The notes beneath the pieces were generated by a model. It had not been told where the DNA came from, did not search any database, and saw only the letters and a program-made list of their open reading frames with translations. From contig JBBQPO010000279.1 of the NCBI GenBank assembly GCA_038217285.1, positions 1 to 8,009 on the forward strand: DNA of 8,009 bases, written 5' to 3'. Positions 7,661-8,009 of this stretch are shown in pieces (positions within the stretch are counted from its first letter, which is position 1; each line of letters begins with the position of its first letter). The position numbers and the translations under genes are program-made. Origin of the DNA: Chthonomonadales bacterium. Lineage in GTDB: Bacteria; Armatimonadota; Chthonomonadetes; Chthonomonadales; Chthonomonadaceae.

Positions 7661-7685
7661 ACACCCGTTCTCGTGCGGGTCGAGA

Positions 7686-7735
7686 CAAAATCTGCCGTTT
7701 CGCAGATGTCGCCGCGCTGTCCGCTCCGCTACAAT
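7686..7735 (+). promoter_or_regulatory. Putative pilin promoter: palindromic operator (7686-7709) plus -10 TACAAT (7730-7735)
   Basis: caaaATCTGCcgtttcGCAGATgt contains a perfect ATCTGC-N6-GCAGAT dyad, followed by 20 nt and then TACAAT. Confidence 0.75.
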
Positions 7736-7807
7736 AGAGCCATCGAAGCAGAGCCGGTCTGAATTTGAACACTATGTACGCGCTTCGTATTTACCAAGGA
7801 GGCTTCC

Positions 7808-8009
7808 ATGTTTCGTAACCAACTGCGCACCGCCGCTCGAAACCGCAAAGGTTTCACGCTCATCGAACTGCTCGTCGTCGTTCTGATCCTCGCCATCCTC
7901 ATGGCCGTCGCCATGCCGCTCTACCTCAGCGCGGTCGCCGACTCTCAACTGAAGACCTGCCGCGCCAACATGCAGACCATCGCCAACGCCGTGCAGGCAG
8001 CCCGTACCA
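7808..8009 (+). CDS. Type IV pilin (prepilin-type N-terminal cleavage/methylation protein), probably the major pilin; 3'-truncated by the window edge and absent from the ORF track
   Basis: Manual translation gives MFRNQLRTAARNRKG|FTLIELLVVVLILAILMAVAMPLYLSAVADSQLKTCRANMQTIANAVQAART. It has a 15-aa basic leader, G|F cleavage site, E5 and P22. Perfect SD AAGGAGG at 7796-7802. Confidence 0.95.
   Translation, partial: MFRNQLRTAARNRKGFTLIELLVVVLILAILMAVAMPLYLSAVADSQLKTCRANMQTIANAVQAART

Noticed and set aside
7663..7680. Small hairpin acccg-N8-cgggt after pilC
   Set aside because: Only a 5-bp stem with no U-tract, which is insufficient to call a terminator.
4877..7914. Long minus-strand ORFs 4877..5995 and 6095..7051, plus 7195..7446 and 7729..7914
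   Set aside because: Antisense shadows of pilB, pilC and the pilin gene.

Overview
GC-rich bacterial window. It opens with the left end of an IS21-family element on the minus strand: terminal TG, three 23-bp tandem repeats, and an RBS plus the first 3 codons of the probable transposase. Next come a membrane-anchored six-bladed NHL beta-propeller gene, a NarL/LuxR-type response regulator, and a convergent soluble PAS-GAF-PAS HisKA_3 histidine kinase. Divergent from the kinase is a type IV pilus (T2SS-like) cluster: pilB, pilC and a type IV pilin that runs off the window end and is missing from the ORF track. The most notable unannotated signal is a ~24-bp palindromic motif, CAAAATCTGCCG-N4-GCAGA(T/C)G. 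It occurs three times, upstream of the kinase, pilB and the pilin, each time 19-20 nt before a sigma70-type -10 hexamer. This suggests the adjacent NarL-type two-component system activates pilus genes and its own kinase, which is an inference and has not been tested.
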